DNA of 64,000 bases from Batkoa obscura (lineage: Eukaryota): assembly GCA_030770535.1 (NCBI GenBank), contig JASVEC010000025.1:310001-374000 (forward strand). The letters run 5' to 3'. The notes under the pieces are model-generated. The model saw only the letters and a program-made list of their open reading frames with translations. It was not told where the DNA came from and made no database searches. A program made the position numbers and the translations under genes. Of the stretch, positions 51,062 through 63,914 are shown piece by piece (within the stretch, counting starts at the first letter, position 1; each line of letters opens with the position of its first letter).

Positions 51062-51675
51062 CTTTTATCTTTAACTTTTTTTACTTATTTTTTGTCAAAA
51101 AATACAAAACAAAATAAATTCTTTTATCAACTATTTATATTCTTTTTTAAAAAAAAATTTAATTTTCTTCCCTTCTATTTTAAACCTTAGTATTCTATAC
51201 ACTGTTAATTAATTGGTCATTGATTTAATCTTTTTTTCCAACTAATTTTAATAATGAATTTTAAACAAAGAATTAACAGTTATCATAATGATTATAATTA
51301 TTGCAAGTTAGAACATTCAAAAAACTTCATTTTAAGCCTCTTAAAATTATCTATTAATAGATTTTTTAAACTACAACATTTTATTATATTATATTCTATA
51401 ATTAAATACAACTTATTTACTGTTAAAATCTATTGTTGTTGAAACAAAACCAGTCATTTTTAAATTAAATGTTGATTTAACAACTATATAAAACTCTTTT
51501 GAATCAATGTACCAAATTTGAAAATAATTAAAATACTTAACAAATGATTTGAATATTAGATATTAAAATCCAATCTTAACTATATAAATTAATGAGTTTA
51601 AATAAAATTTTATTCATCCTCAAAAAAAGTAACTTTAATTGACATATCAAAATATTTGTCTTATCTATAGTGTAC

Positions 51676-54600
51676 TTAATATGCTACCAAAGTTCTCATA
51701 TCTTCAATTTTTTTTAATACTTCACTAACAGAGCAACCCAACTCTTCTGCAATTTCTTGTTTTTTATTCATATCTAATAATCCAAAAGTTTCACAAAGAT
51801 CACCATCAATGACTGCTTTAACAGGAGCAAAAGAAGATCGATATGAGAGATGATCTCTGCCTGCTAAAAGAGGTAATTGAATTCTTAAATGAAATTCCAA
51901 GGTTTGAAAAAATTCCACATCATCTTTAGTTAAAAAGGGTATTAATGCTCCAATTCTTCCTAATAAAGTAATATAAACTAAGATTGGATTAGCACCCCTT
52001 ATTAATGATGTTTTTTCAATTGACATGGGTGCATCACCAATATGAAAATGACATAATCTTTCTAATTTATAAGTAGCTCCATTTAAGATACCTCGATTAG
52101 TTGGGGGCAATTTATGATGATTTGATTTGGATTCGCCTTCCCCTTCAATTTCACTAACTACATCATTGGGTAATCGTGCTAAAAATAGATTACCAAATTT
52201 ATCACCTACAGCCACCGTATTATAATCTACATAACAAGTAGCAGATGTAAATGCAGGTAAAGTGTCATCTGCAAATACCATTAATTGATTTTCTAGCTGT
52301 GTATAAGCAGCAAAATGGATAGATTCTTGTATATCAGAAATAATAATTCTTTCTCCTTGAGAATGTAAATTTACAATGGTATTTGGTATTGCTTTTGTTT
52401 GACATTTACGTAATAATTTCATTTTACCAAGGTCATAAATTCTTAACAAGCGTCCAACACCAGCTAATAATCGTCCTTGAAATTGTAATAAAGCCATTGG
52501 TATATCTTCTACTTGAGTACGATGAACTAAACTTAATTGTGTTCCAGTTTCATCAAATTTATATAATCTGATATAAGCTGCTGAACAAGATCTAGGGGAT
52601 AAGATAGATTCAACAGCTGTTCCTACAGCTACCATAATATCCGAATATTGATTATGAAATTGAACTAAACAAATTGAAAATGCAGCTTCATTTTCATCTA
52701 ATTCAATTTCTTGAGTAGTTTCACCTGTTAATGGATTTAAGATACGAATTTGACTTGCCCATCTACCAGGCATTGCTTTAGGTAAACCAAATTCTGTTGG
52801 GTCTAAAGAAAGTGCATTATCCTCTCCTTCAGTTTCTATAACTCTTTTAATTTCAGATGGTGAAAATGTATTATTTTCAGTTTCAAGTACTACAAAATGA
52901 TTGGAGTATGGATTTAATATAACTCTTCTTGGGGTATATTTTAAGGGTATTATATCTTGTTGAAATTGTTGATCTAATCGATCGAAATTGATAATTTTTA
53001 ATAAATCACCGGAAATACCAACTATACCTTCAGGTATACTTTCTGTTGAAAAGGGAGCAGCAAATTCCAATGCATCTGTTTGTAATGGCATGGTATGTAT
53101 TTTATTTTGGAAATGATAACTTAACCATGGTCTTGAAGATAATGCCATAACTGCTGGCTGTTCATTAACAATAACTTGGAATAATTTCACTGGTTTACTA
53201 CCCAAGAATCTTGTACGTGTATCACTTAAAGCTCCAGATACTTGATCCATTACTGTTCTTAGCATAATACCGTTTTGTAATCCAATATGAAGATAAAGTG
53301 TATAATTGGCATCTTTACTATTCATTTCAATAGTACACAATGATAATGGTGTATCTGCTAAAGCTTGCATAGATAAAGCTTGCATAGGTGTATTGGGATC
53401 TAATGAAATGGTACGTACTGTATGATCAGCACAGCCAACCATTGCATAAGGAAATCTCTTTCTACCTTGTTTAATATCTCCTAAACACATAGCGGTAATT
53501 TGGGATGACATCACCATTCTTTCATTTAATTCGGATAATAAACCAGAATTATCAATTTCAAAATAAATTAATTCATTACCTGATAATGCTATTAATATCT
53601 GACTTCTATTACCAACCGCATTAATAATTAATTTATCTTTTGGTGGTTTCCATTCATTAACTCTATCATCCGATTGTATATGTCTAATTCCATTGGGATA
53701 AACTTGTACAATAGAATTGTTGTTTAATTCTTGAATATGTATTGTTTGTGTATTTGTTAATATTCCTGAATCATTAACTTCTTCTGGATTTTCATCTAAT
53801 GTTAATACTAACGTAGCATTTGTAAATGAAGCTATATAAACTGGATTCTTTTTTAAATTAGCTGTCCAAACTGCAGTTGGTCTACCAGGTAATTGCATTT
53901 CACCAACATCATTAACAAATAAACCATATTTTAATACTCTAAAACTAGATTGACTACCTTTACCGCATAAAGTATAAAATTGAGGTGTATCATCATTAGT
54001 TAAATTCATAACTTTACAATCAATAACCGGAGATATGGATTCAATTTCATCCGTTTGTTGTAAATTAACCAAAGCTCTAGGCTGAAAATAAACAGGCTCA
54101 ATTTCTTCTTGTTCTAAATAATTTAAACTTGAAAATTCTTCATCATTTGCTTTTTCTCCTAAAGCGATAAATTGATATAAACCGAAATTACCTGATTCAG
54201 GTGATAGTGCAATATAACCTGATTTTAAGATAGAAAATCCACTAGCTACTGGTAAAGTATCAAAATATTTAATTTTTAATTGATTGACTTCACCATCTTT
54301 ATGATCTAAAGTAACTTTATAAATATCCCCTTCTTCACTTTGTAATAAAATAAAAAAGGTATTTTTCATTTTATGTAAAGCACCACAAACAATTAATATA
54401 CTACGATCATAATCAGCAATAGGTATTTTACGTCTAGGAATAGGTACTTTATGTTCTACACTACCTTGATGTAAATAAGAAATAGAATTTTCACTACAGA
54501 TAATAACACCAGAGGGACCATCATTACCACCTGGTACAGCCATTAAAAAATTAGCTCTAGGATCAATTGGTGTAGACCATTTCCTAACTACATGATTTAA

Positions 54601-55335
54601 ACCTAAATCTAATTCATAATAAGTTAATAATTTTTCAATACTATCTAAAGCATCTGGATTATTATCAGTATCTGCTTCTGTATAATCTAATTCAATAGCT
54701 GCAAATATAGGATTATCAAAAGAAACATCTAATCCAACTAAAGAGTATAAAATAGTATTAGTACGATGGGCTTCTAATGGACTTGAAATAGTTAAATTGG
54801 CTAATGAATCTCGATTTAATACATAAACCAATTTTTGTTTTTCTATTGCGCCTAACATCACTGCTCTTCCTTTTGGATCACATGCAATATATTGACCTGG
54901 TACTACTCGACGTACACCTGTTTTTCCAAAAGTTTCTTGGTGTACTTTATTAAATACACATAGTTTTGGATCATATTCTAAAATGACTATACGTCCACTA
55001 TCACCTCCAATGATGGCGTAATCTGAATTAAAAGAAATTAAAATTTGAATAAATAAATTATATAAATTAAAAAGATGAATATAATTAAACTTACCTTTAT
55101 TACCCCCTGTTAAACGAAAAGGTTGAATACAACGAATAATACCAAAGGTATGATAACTAGTATATAAAGTTTCAAATTTACCAGAGTCACTTAATACTTT
55201 AACTAATTCTAAACGATCATGTTTAGCTATTAATATCTCTTGTTGTTTTAAACCTGAAAAATTGCCAATACATTGACATATACTATGGGATGTAGGTGTC
55301 AATGTTAAATTATATAAATGCATTTCTTTAGGCAT
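51676..55335 (-). CDS. RSE1: Splicing factor 3B subunit 3 (Rse1/SAP130), one intron 55023-55094
   Basis: MHLYNLTL, HQETFGKTGVRRVVPGQY, YELDLGLNHVVRKW and GRDHLSYRS...VIDGDLCE. Confidence 0.97.
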   Translation of the reverse strand: MPKEMHLYNLTLTPTSHSICQCIGNFSGLKQQEILIAKHDRLELVKVLSDSGKFETLYTSYHTFGIIRCIQPFRLTGGNKGKFNYIHLFNLYNLFIQILISFNSDYAIIGGDSGRIVILEYDPKLCVFNKVHQETFGKTGVRRVVPGQYIACDPKGRAVMLGAIEKQKLVYVLNRDSLANLTISSPLEAHRTNTILYSLVGLDVSFDNPIFAAIELDYTEADTDNNPDALDSIEKLLTYYELDLGLNHVVRKWSTPIDPRANFLMAVPGGNDGPSGVIICSENSISYLHQGSVEHKVPIPRRKIPIADYDRSILIVCGALHKMKNTFFILLQSEEGDIYKVTLDHKDGEVNQLKIKYFDTLPVASGFSILKSGYIALSPESGNFGLYQFIALGEKANDEEFSSLNYLEQEEIEPVYFQPRALVNLQQTDEIESISPVIDCKVMNLTNDDTPQFYTLCGKGSQSSFRVLKYGLFVNDVGEMQLPGRPTAVWTANLKKNPVYIASFTNATLVLTLDENPEEVNDSGILTNTQTIHIQELNNNSIVQVYPNGIRHIQSDDRVNEWKPPKDKLIINAVGNRSQILIALSGNELIYFEIDNSGLLSELNERMVMSSQITAMCLGDIKQGRKRFPYAMVGCADHTVRTISLDPNTPMQALSMQALADTPLSLCTIEMNSKDANYTLYLHIGLQNGIMLRTVMDQVSGALSDTRTRFLGSKPVKLFQVIVNEQPAVMALSSRPWLSYHFQNKIHTMPLQTDALEFAAPFSTESIPEGIVGISGDLLKIINFDRLDQQFQQDIIPLKYTPRRVILNPYSNHFVVLETENNTFSPSEIKRVIETEGEDNALSLDPTEFGLPKAMPGRWASQIRILNPLTGETTQEIELDENEAAFSICLVQFHNQYSDIMVAVGTAVESILSPRSCSAAYIRLYKFDETGTQLSLVHRTQVEDIPMALLQFQGRLLAGVGRLLRIYDLGKMKLLRKCQTKAIPNTIVNLHSQGERIIISDIQESIHFAAYTQLENQLMVFADDTLPAFTSATCYVDYNTVAVGDKFGNLFLARLPNDVVSEIEGEGESKSNHHKLPPTNRGILNGATYKLERLCHFHIGDAPMSIEKTSLIRGANPILVYITLLGRIGALIPFLTKDDVEFFQTLEFHLRIQLPLLAGRDHLSYRSSFAPVKAVIDGDLCETFGLLDMNKKQEIAEELGCSVSEVLKKIEDMRTLVAY

Positions 55336-55554
55336 TTTTGGAAATGGATGAAAGGATAAAAGGTTGTAAAGGAACGATTTTTGGAATTTGTTAATACTTT
55401 GCAATTTTTGAAGGGAAGTTCGATACTTTCTGCAAACTTTTAGATGGAAAAGTTCAAGACTTTTTCATCACCAAATAAAAATTATTGTTAATGTGGTACT
55501 TTTTTAATTTTATCAGTTTTATATAGTTTATTCTATTAAATATAATCTTCAAAA

Positions 55555-56511
55555 ATGGACTTTATTATCGACCAATGTTTCAATCTATTATCATCCATAG
55601 ATATTTTACTTGCAAGTAATATAATAGTAATTCATTTACCTAACACAGTTACCATCACCCCTAACTAACTCTCATTTTTTTAGTTAGTTAGCTTAACATC
55701 CAACAATGATATGGAATCAATCTCTTTATTAATAAATAAAAGTTTGGACAAAATACAAGATAAAGATGAGAGAGTGAAATTGATTGAAATGTTTCGAGAA
55801 AGCCTGGTGAAGATTTCAAGTGTTATTGGGATACCGAAGGTAAGAAGATCGAGGAGTTTTTATTTTGATGATTTTTATTAATTATAGTGATTTAACTAGT
55901 GTATCAATGCCTCCAATGAAATTTTTAGATTAATACCGAAAGAGATTAGTGAAAGATTAAACAAAGAAGCAATTAGGTAAGATTATTTTTATTAATTAAT
56001 TCTAATATTATAGTTTATTAATCGTGATTATAGAAAAAGAGATAATTTAGAAGATATTTATAAAAGAGGAGAAGAAACTTTTAATACTATTTATACAAAA
56101 CAAGGTTAGTTTAATTAAAGTAAATTTAAAAATATTATTTAATGATTATTTAAAATTTTTAGTATCAGCAGATTAATATTTTTTATTTTAGCTGATAAAG
56201 TAAGAACTATAATAAACCAAAGTAATCCTGATTTATTATTTCTTGTTAATGGTAAATATTCAATAGAATTTTAATTCATATTTGTTTATTTTATAATTTA
56301 TTTAGAAACCTATAGTAAAATTATTTCTGAATCTAAAATCCTAACATTGGAACAAACCGAATTAATAATGATAGCAGCACTTGTACCGCAACAAGTACCT
56401 AATCAATTAAAAAGTCATTTATTAGGTTGTAAAAAACTAAATATTCATCAGAATATAATTGATCTGTGTTTCAATGTAGCTAATTTAATTTATGAATATT
56501 TTAAAAAATAA
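55555..56511 (+). CDS. AhpD/carboxymuconolactone decarboxylase-like protein (Pxp2-like), multi-exon; absent from the ORF track
   Basis: Spliced reading: FRESLVKISSVIGIPK|CINA..., RGEETFNTIY, TYSKII...LTLEQTELIMIAALVPQ...QLKSHLLG. Confidence 0.7.
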
Positions 56512-56687
56512 ACAATATAAAATAATTATTATTATTGTGTGCATATTTAATTAATTTTTATATTTATAAATTTGATAATAGTTTTTTTTGTATAAACAAG
56601 AAGTAATCATCAAAAAAAAAGAGAAGAGGAGACAGAGAAGAGGAGACAGAGAAGATAAACCTAGGTAAAACCTAGATAAACTGTCGA

Positions 56688-59600
56688 TTAAACAAACTTA
56701 TCCCCTAATTCCTCCATCTTCTTTTTCTTCCCTAATTCCCAAAACTTGACTATTTCCATAATAAAAAACAAAGATGATGTAAACCCAAGTAAATAGAATA
56801 AATCTTGTAAACTCACCGCTTCTGTTTGGAATATTGTTTGAAAAAAAGGTAAATAAATCACTGCCAATTGACCAATAATCGAAAATAAGATAGCTAACCA
56901 AAACATTCGATTGGTTGATTTTGGTGATGTGGAATTATTGGATTTGGAAGTGATTAATTTCAATAATAAAGGATAGTTTAAATCCCGACAATTCAAGGCA
57001 TTAAATAAATCAAATAACACAAAGGTAGTAAATGTCTATAAAAGGGAGATATACGTTAGTATATGTGTATTATGTTGTTCTATTATTATTTACCATAGTT
57101 GTATCTCTTTTAGTAATAATACCATCTTCTAGTTCTTTAGTATAAATATAAAGTGTACCTAAAAAAATATTATTAATTAAAAATCCTATTAAGCCCTATT
57201 ATACTTTTGCACTTGATTCTTCTATTGACTATACTATACCATTCTATTTTATTCTATTCTATTTCATAATAATATTAATAATAATAATTTTACCTATTAA
57301 AATAATCATAGCATGAGTAATAATTCTTATAACAATTCTTCTATTAATTATCGTTGAATCTTTTTTCCTTGGTTTTTGATATAATATTTCGTCATTACTT
57401 GGTTCAACACCTAAAGATTGAGCGGGTGGTCCATCCATTAAGATATCTATTAATAAAAAAAAATATTACATATATAAATATAGAAACAATAAATATATTA
57501 TTATTATATACTATTATATATTACTATATTAAGCTATTTCAATAAAATAAACTTACTAATCCATAATATTTGCATTGGATTTAATGGATTTTCAAAGCCT
57601 AATAGTGTAGCTATTGAAATCAATGATAATGTAGCCATTGAAGTAGATAATTGAAATGTAATAAAATTTTGTATATTATTAAAAATTGTTTTTCCTATAT
57701 ATTTAATAGATTATTATCTCATATAAATAAATTATTTTATTAAATCAAGCTAAATCATTACCTTCTTTAATAGCCAATAATAATACATTTAATTCATCAT
57801 TTAAGATTAATAAATCAGCTGATTCTTTAGCTACATCCGTTCCATTTTTAGCCATAGCTAAACCAATATCCGCCATTTTTAAGGCTGCTGCATCATTCAC
57901 TCCATCCCCTGTCATACCTACTCTATATCCCAAAGATTGATATGATTGGATAATTTTCATTTTATGATAAGGACTTGTTCTTGAAAATATTATACAATCT
58001 TTCATTTTAATTAAAAATTCTTCTTGATTCATGTTATCAATGGAATCCCCTGTTATACAATCATTTGGGTTTCCTGTCATTGGTAAATGAATTTGTTGTC
58101 CTATACTTTTGGCTGTTTGTTCTATATAAATAATAGAAATTAAAATTAGATTTTATTATTAATATTAATTCTATTTACCTGAATCCCCAGTAATCATAAC
58201 TACTTTAACCCCTGCCATAATAAGTTGATTCATTGTATCCGATAAATTCAATCTAGGTGGATCCGACAATGCAATTAATCCCAATAATACTAAATTATTT
58301 TCATCTTTACCATAAGCCATAGCCAATACTCTTAAACCTTTTGAACATAATTCATAATTTTTATTTAATAATTCATTCTTAATTGCTAATGATATTAATT
58401 TTTCCCCATTATCGTAATAATACAAACATTTTTTTAAAGCTATTTCAATACTTCCTTTAAAATACGTTTGATTATTAGAATAACTTATTTGCATAAATTT
58501 ATGATTTGAGTGAAACGCTATTTCCGATGTTTTAATAAGTTCCTGGTATTATTATCATTATTATTTAATTAGTAAGCTACTTAATAATATTTACTTTTCT
58601 CATATCTTCTTTTTCTAAACTTAAATAAAAGTTCATTAAAGCAACATCCGTTGATTGACCCATCACTTTATTATCTTCAGCAATAAAAGAATTATTACAT
58701 AAACAAGCTAAAAATAATAAATATTTATTTCATTACATATTCAAACTATCTGCTTACCAATCTCCAACATCTTTTCTCCTAAAAAACTGTTTTCAATTTG
58801 GGAAAGTTCCGTTTTATTCACTAAATCAATATTCATTTCATTTTGAATAAAATAAATATTAGTCCATTTTAATTGATTTTCGGTTAATGTTCCAGTTTTA
58901 TCCATACATAAAACATCCATACAACCTAATGTTTCAATACATGCCATTTTTTTTATAATTACTTTATGATATGACATTCTCAACACTCCCAGGGCCAAAG
59001 TAACCATAACTACTACAGGTAAGCCTTCGGGTATAGCTGCTACGGCTAAACTCACTATATAAAAGGATAAGGGGGTTATTGGGTTTAGATAAGATAGAAG
59101 TGTATAATTTACCTGCTATATTAAACATATCTAATATTGGTCGACCTTGTATTAAACCAATTATGAATATAAAGGAGATAATTATTAATGAAATTAAACT
59201 CAATTGATGACCTAGTTTATCCATATCTTGTTGTAATGGAGTTTTACGTTGAGTCATCTAAACATAATATAGTTTATTATTGTATTAATATTTATTATTT
59301 ATTTATTTATTAATAATAATTTTATTAAATCACTTACATCTTGCATCATTTCAACTACTTTACCAAATTGAGATTTTTTGGCATTATTTATAACAATAGC
59401 TTTGGCATGACCTATATAGTATATATGGCTTATAAGTATATAAATCAATTGTATTATTGTAATACTTACCATTATTAATAATAGTACCCATAAATAACAT
59501 ATTATTTTGTTCATTAATTGAAATATTAATATTATCAATCTTTTGGTTATTTTTAATAACTGGCTCATTTTCACCAGTAAAAGTAGATTGATCCACTTCT

Positions 59601-60352
59601 AAATCAACATACTAAATAAAAATATTATAATAAATATTATTACTACTATTAAATATTATATATGATTATAATTAATATTACTTCAATTATTCTTAAATCT
59701 GCTGGTACTTTATCACCACAATTCAAAATAATTATATCTCCAGGTACTATTTCTCGAGTTAATAAAGTTTTTAAATGACCTTCTCTGTCGAATAAAATTG
59801 AAGATAATTAAACAAAAATAAAATCAATTACAATGTAAATTTACTTACCTTAATACATTACAATAACTTGGTGTTAATTTTTTTAATGCTGCTAAAGATT
59901 GCTCGGATTTATATTCTTGTATGAAACCCACTATTTATATGGGAAAAAAATGGAATTAAATAAAACACTTTTCTTTAATTTCGCAATGACTAAATTCTAT
60001 TTACCTGTAAAAACCAAAACAATAGCCTAATCAAAACAAAAAATAAATTAGTATAAATTTATTGAATTAAAACTATCGAATCCTCTCTTACCAAAGTAAT
60101 GGAAATTGCATCCTCTTTATTACCAATCACTAAAGAAATAAAAGCAGAAATTAACAGTAATAAAATCATATGATTTTCTTTTAAATTATTAAATATCTTC
60201 ATATATAAAGGCTCATCTTCTTCAGGTTCAAATTCATTATACCCATAAATTTGATAATTTTTTTGTATTTGTTGATAAGTTAGGCCAACAGTTGGATCTA
60301 CTGAAAAATAGATTAAAAGGTCGGGGATCGATTGATTGTAAGCAGTATCCAT
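56688..60352 (-). CDS. PMR1: Golgi Ca2+/Mn2+ P-type ATPase, highly interrupted
   Basis: [58 protein letters not shown] and [10 protein letters not shown]. Confidence 0.93.
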
Positions 60353-60817
60353 GTTGAAGATAGAAAGATAATGCAAACAAAGTGTTGGAGTTTAAAAGGA
60401 CTCTTTCTTCTTTTAATTGAGATGAAATGAATGATTTTGTTTTTTTTAATATGTCATGTGCTTTTTATCATGATTTTTAGTTTTTGTGAAGTCATTATCA
60501 TTTTAATATTGTTAGGATCTTTTCTTTATTTGGAAAATAGTATTCTCACTGGAAGACTTTTATTGGTGGTAGATTTTAGTCATTTTTTGGTTTAAGATTT
60601 AATTAAACTTTTAATTTAATTTTATTGAATAGTTATTAGTATAAAATATTTAATATATAAATAGATAATAACCTAAGATAGTATATAATAACATAATGAA
60701 ATTGAGATTAATAAAGCCATATGATAGTATACATATAAACATTTGAAATAGTTTGCGATATTTTTATTTATCATAAAACTTAAATTAAAATTTTATTTTA
60801 ACAAAGCATTAACACAT

Positions 60818-61089
60818 GGGGATGTTTTTACTAATTGTTCTTTTTTGTTATTTTTTTAAATTTAAAATTAATTAACTAGTATGTTATTTAAGCTTGAGTA
60901 TGTATTAGTTAATTGTTTATTTTAAAATAAAAATTAAATTAATAAGCCTTAAATTGCCATAATAAAGTAAATAATTGATTATAAAATTTATCGTTTGTGA
61001 CCACACGCTTGAACTTAAACAGTTGCATTGACTAATTAATTTCTAAATTTTAAAATAATATAAAAGGGTAATAGCTAAAAAATATTCCC
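60818..61089 (+). mobile_element. ~270-bp MITE family B, copy 2 (complete)
   Basis: GGGGATGTTTTTAC...TAAAAAATATTCCC; long imperfect TIRs; flanks ACAT/ATAT. Confidence 0.8.
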
Positions 61090-61443
61090 ATATAATAATG
61101 TGATAAGATGATTTAATAATACATTTATAAAATGGAATAAAATAAAAATTATTTTTAAATCACTTTTGATAGCTATCTTTAACATTGAACATATAAAATT
61201 ATTAACTTATCAAAATTATAATTTCTACTATATAAACTAATATTAATTACTATGATTTTAAAAGCTATCAAGTTTGAAAACTAATAACTTGTTATAAAAG
61301 ACATCAATAAACTATCTACTTAAATTATGTAATTTTTTATGTATACCTTACTTCAACATATTAACAAACAACTATTGTCTAGATTAAAAAGCAAAATTAT
61401 AACAAAAATCAGAAAATTAAACAAAAAGTATAAAATATTCAAC

Positions 61444-63188
61444 TTAATTGGATTAGTTTATCTATATTAAAATCTACCATTTCCTTTTCTTTTAATCGAT
61501 CTCTTTTCTCTATCCGTTTGAGGTAATTTTTTAACTCCTTTTAATTTATTGTGATCAATTAAAATTGGAAGAGAAGACGGTTTAAGTAAAGATTTAAGTT
61601 CTTTCTTATTTTCTTGTAAATAATTAATATCCCCTAATGAACTTGTCTTATCAAATACTATATAAAATATTATTAATATTAATTATTTAATTATTATATT
61701 ATATTATATTATATTATATTATTATACTTAATATTAATTATTTACCTTTAGTTTGATTACGATCAAGTACCCATCTAACTTTCTTTTTAATTTGAGCTCC
61801 ATTTTTTATTACTGGGGGTGCTGTACCAAGTGCAATTGAAGCAATAATTGGATCTGATAAATCTTCTACATAAAAATCAGCTGTTGAAATACAATTATCT
61901 TCATTATCTAAATTATTCTCTTTTTCTGGTGCATAATCATCTACTTCAGTAACATCAATAGAAAAATAAATACTTTCATTTCCATCTTCATTCTCTTGTT
62001 TGTTATTATAATCTTCTTCATATAATCCACAATATTCTAAATAGCTTTTTTTATTTTGTTCTTGTTTTTGTTTATTAGTTTGATTTTCTACTTTTGTTTT
62101 CTTTACTTTTTTACTGACTGGAGTTGTTACTTTTTCAATTTCTTTTACCTGTTTTTCTTCTACTTCTGGCATTTTAATTTCTACATTAAATTTTTCCGAT
62201 AAAAATACAACCAATGGAAATACAGCTTTACGTACTTTAACAGTAATATTGGGTTTCGTTACTCTATTAAAACATCCTTCAATAAACTTTGGTAAATGTT
62301 TATTTAAAATTTTCGATTCTAAATTTTCTTCTACTGCACTTATTAACTTATCGAAAACCATTTCATTTACTTTACTTATAACTAATTTATTTTTAGTATG
62401 AGATACTAACTCAATAATTGGTAATAATAGTTGATCTAATGGGTAATCATCATTATCTTCATTGAATGGTAATACTTTGACTAACTCATCCCAATAAATA
62501 TCAATCACATGATATTGTAATCCAATATTTTTAAAATCTGCTTCAGTATTGAATGGTACAGCTTTATAAATATCAAATACACTTTCAATATAACTATTAT
62601 CAAACTCATGCTTTTTGAGTAATTGGAAAGTAACATTAACAAATCGACGTACTAATAAATAATATTTATCAACACTAAAAAAATAAAAATAAAAATAAAA
62701 ATATAATAATTAGTATTGTATATTAAATAAATTTTAAAATTACTCTTACCGATGTTTATCTAAATGTGGCCAATCCATTGACATTGTATTCCAAAAACAT
62801 TTTAAATTAAGTAAAGCTAAGTTACTAGATAACTCCAATGTTATCTCGGCCATCTTTAAAGAGAAATTTTGTTGGTTGATTGGTTTATCGCATAACCAAA
62901 AAGAATAAAATAATCCTCTCCAAATCATCATATATTTCAATTCATCTAAATCATTTTCATTTTCTTTTAAAAAGGAAGATAACTCTGCTAAAGCTGCATC
63001 TCTAATTTCTGGTTCTTTAAAAAATTAATATCTTCCTTTATTTTAAGTGATTATTTATTGTAAAAATTACCAGTAGAAGCCAGTTGCCTATTTACTTTTT
63101 TTATCTTATCAATAATATCTCCACTACTTTTTACTCCCTCTCCGTTGGTTTCCTTCATGGTAACTTTCTTTTCAACACTATCAACCAT
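61444..63188 (-). CDS. RRP1: rRNA processing protein Rrp1/Nop52, multi-exon
   Basis: LAST..IRD, IWRGLFYSFWLCDKP..Q, W..LDKHRVDKYYLLVR and GLQYHVIDIYWDEL. Confidence 0.88.
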
Positions 63189-63914
63189 CTTTTACAGAAT
63201 AAAAAAGAGAAGATTTAATCATTATTTTTGCATTACAATTTACTTGTTTAAATTGTACTTTCATTGGCTTAAGTCCCATCATCAATTCTTTATTAGCCAA
63301 TTACTGAATATGAAATGAATAATTTATTGGATTTGTAAGAAGTTCCATTGGGTTTGAAAATTTTCGAATTTCGAGGTGCGAGAATTTTGCTAAATGTACA
63401 AGCTAAAACTGATTATTGGCTGATAAATAACATACATTTTTGGTAAATTAGCATAAATTGTAAATTTTCGAATGTTGATTATTGTAAAATTGTAGTTTAT
63501 AAACAATTGATATATAATTTAATATTTTCATCAAGATATTTCTTTCATTTATATACTTTCCTTGTATACTTATCCCTTTTAAAACGCATTTTTTTATTTT
63601 CAATGTTCTCATCATTATTACAAAAGTTAAATGGATTAAATTGTATAAACAATCAGTATTATTTACAACATGAGGTTTAAATGATGTTTCTATTTCGATA
63701 ATAATTAGCATAAAATTTATAATTTAAATGTATTATTGTAAATAAATTAAGTATGCAAATACAATACACTTTTTAAAGCATTTATATATTATACTATCAA
63801 AAATGTTTGAAAGAAGAATAAGATTGTCTAAAAGATTGAATTTTATACGTAGTTTTTACACCATTAATACGTTTTGAGGTGTTTTTAAATTGGATCAAAT
63901 TATACAGTTAATAT

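Noticed and set aside
31485..55335. DDX42-like gene, RSE1 and the U12 intron as a linked splicing locus
   Set aside because: More than 10 kb apart with unrelated genes between; co-occurrence is plausibly chance
59055..59110. TTATCCTTT in a PMR1 intron as a second U12 signal
   Set aside because: It lies in the 3' pyrimidine tract of an ordinary GTAAAT...TAG intron, not at a donor position
63448..63711. 87-aa ORF; similarly 20575-20769, 45536-45718, 51254-51442 and 3269-3460
   Set aside because: Low-complexity AT-rich ORFs with no motifs; expected by chance
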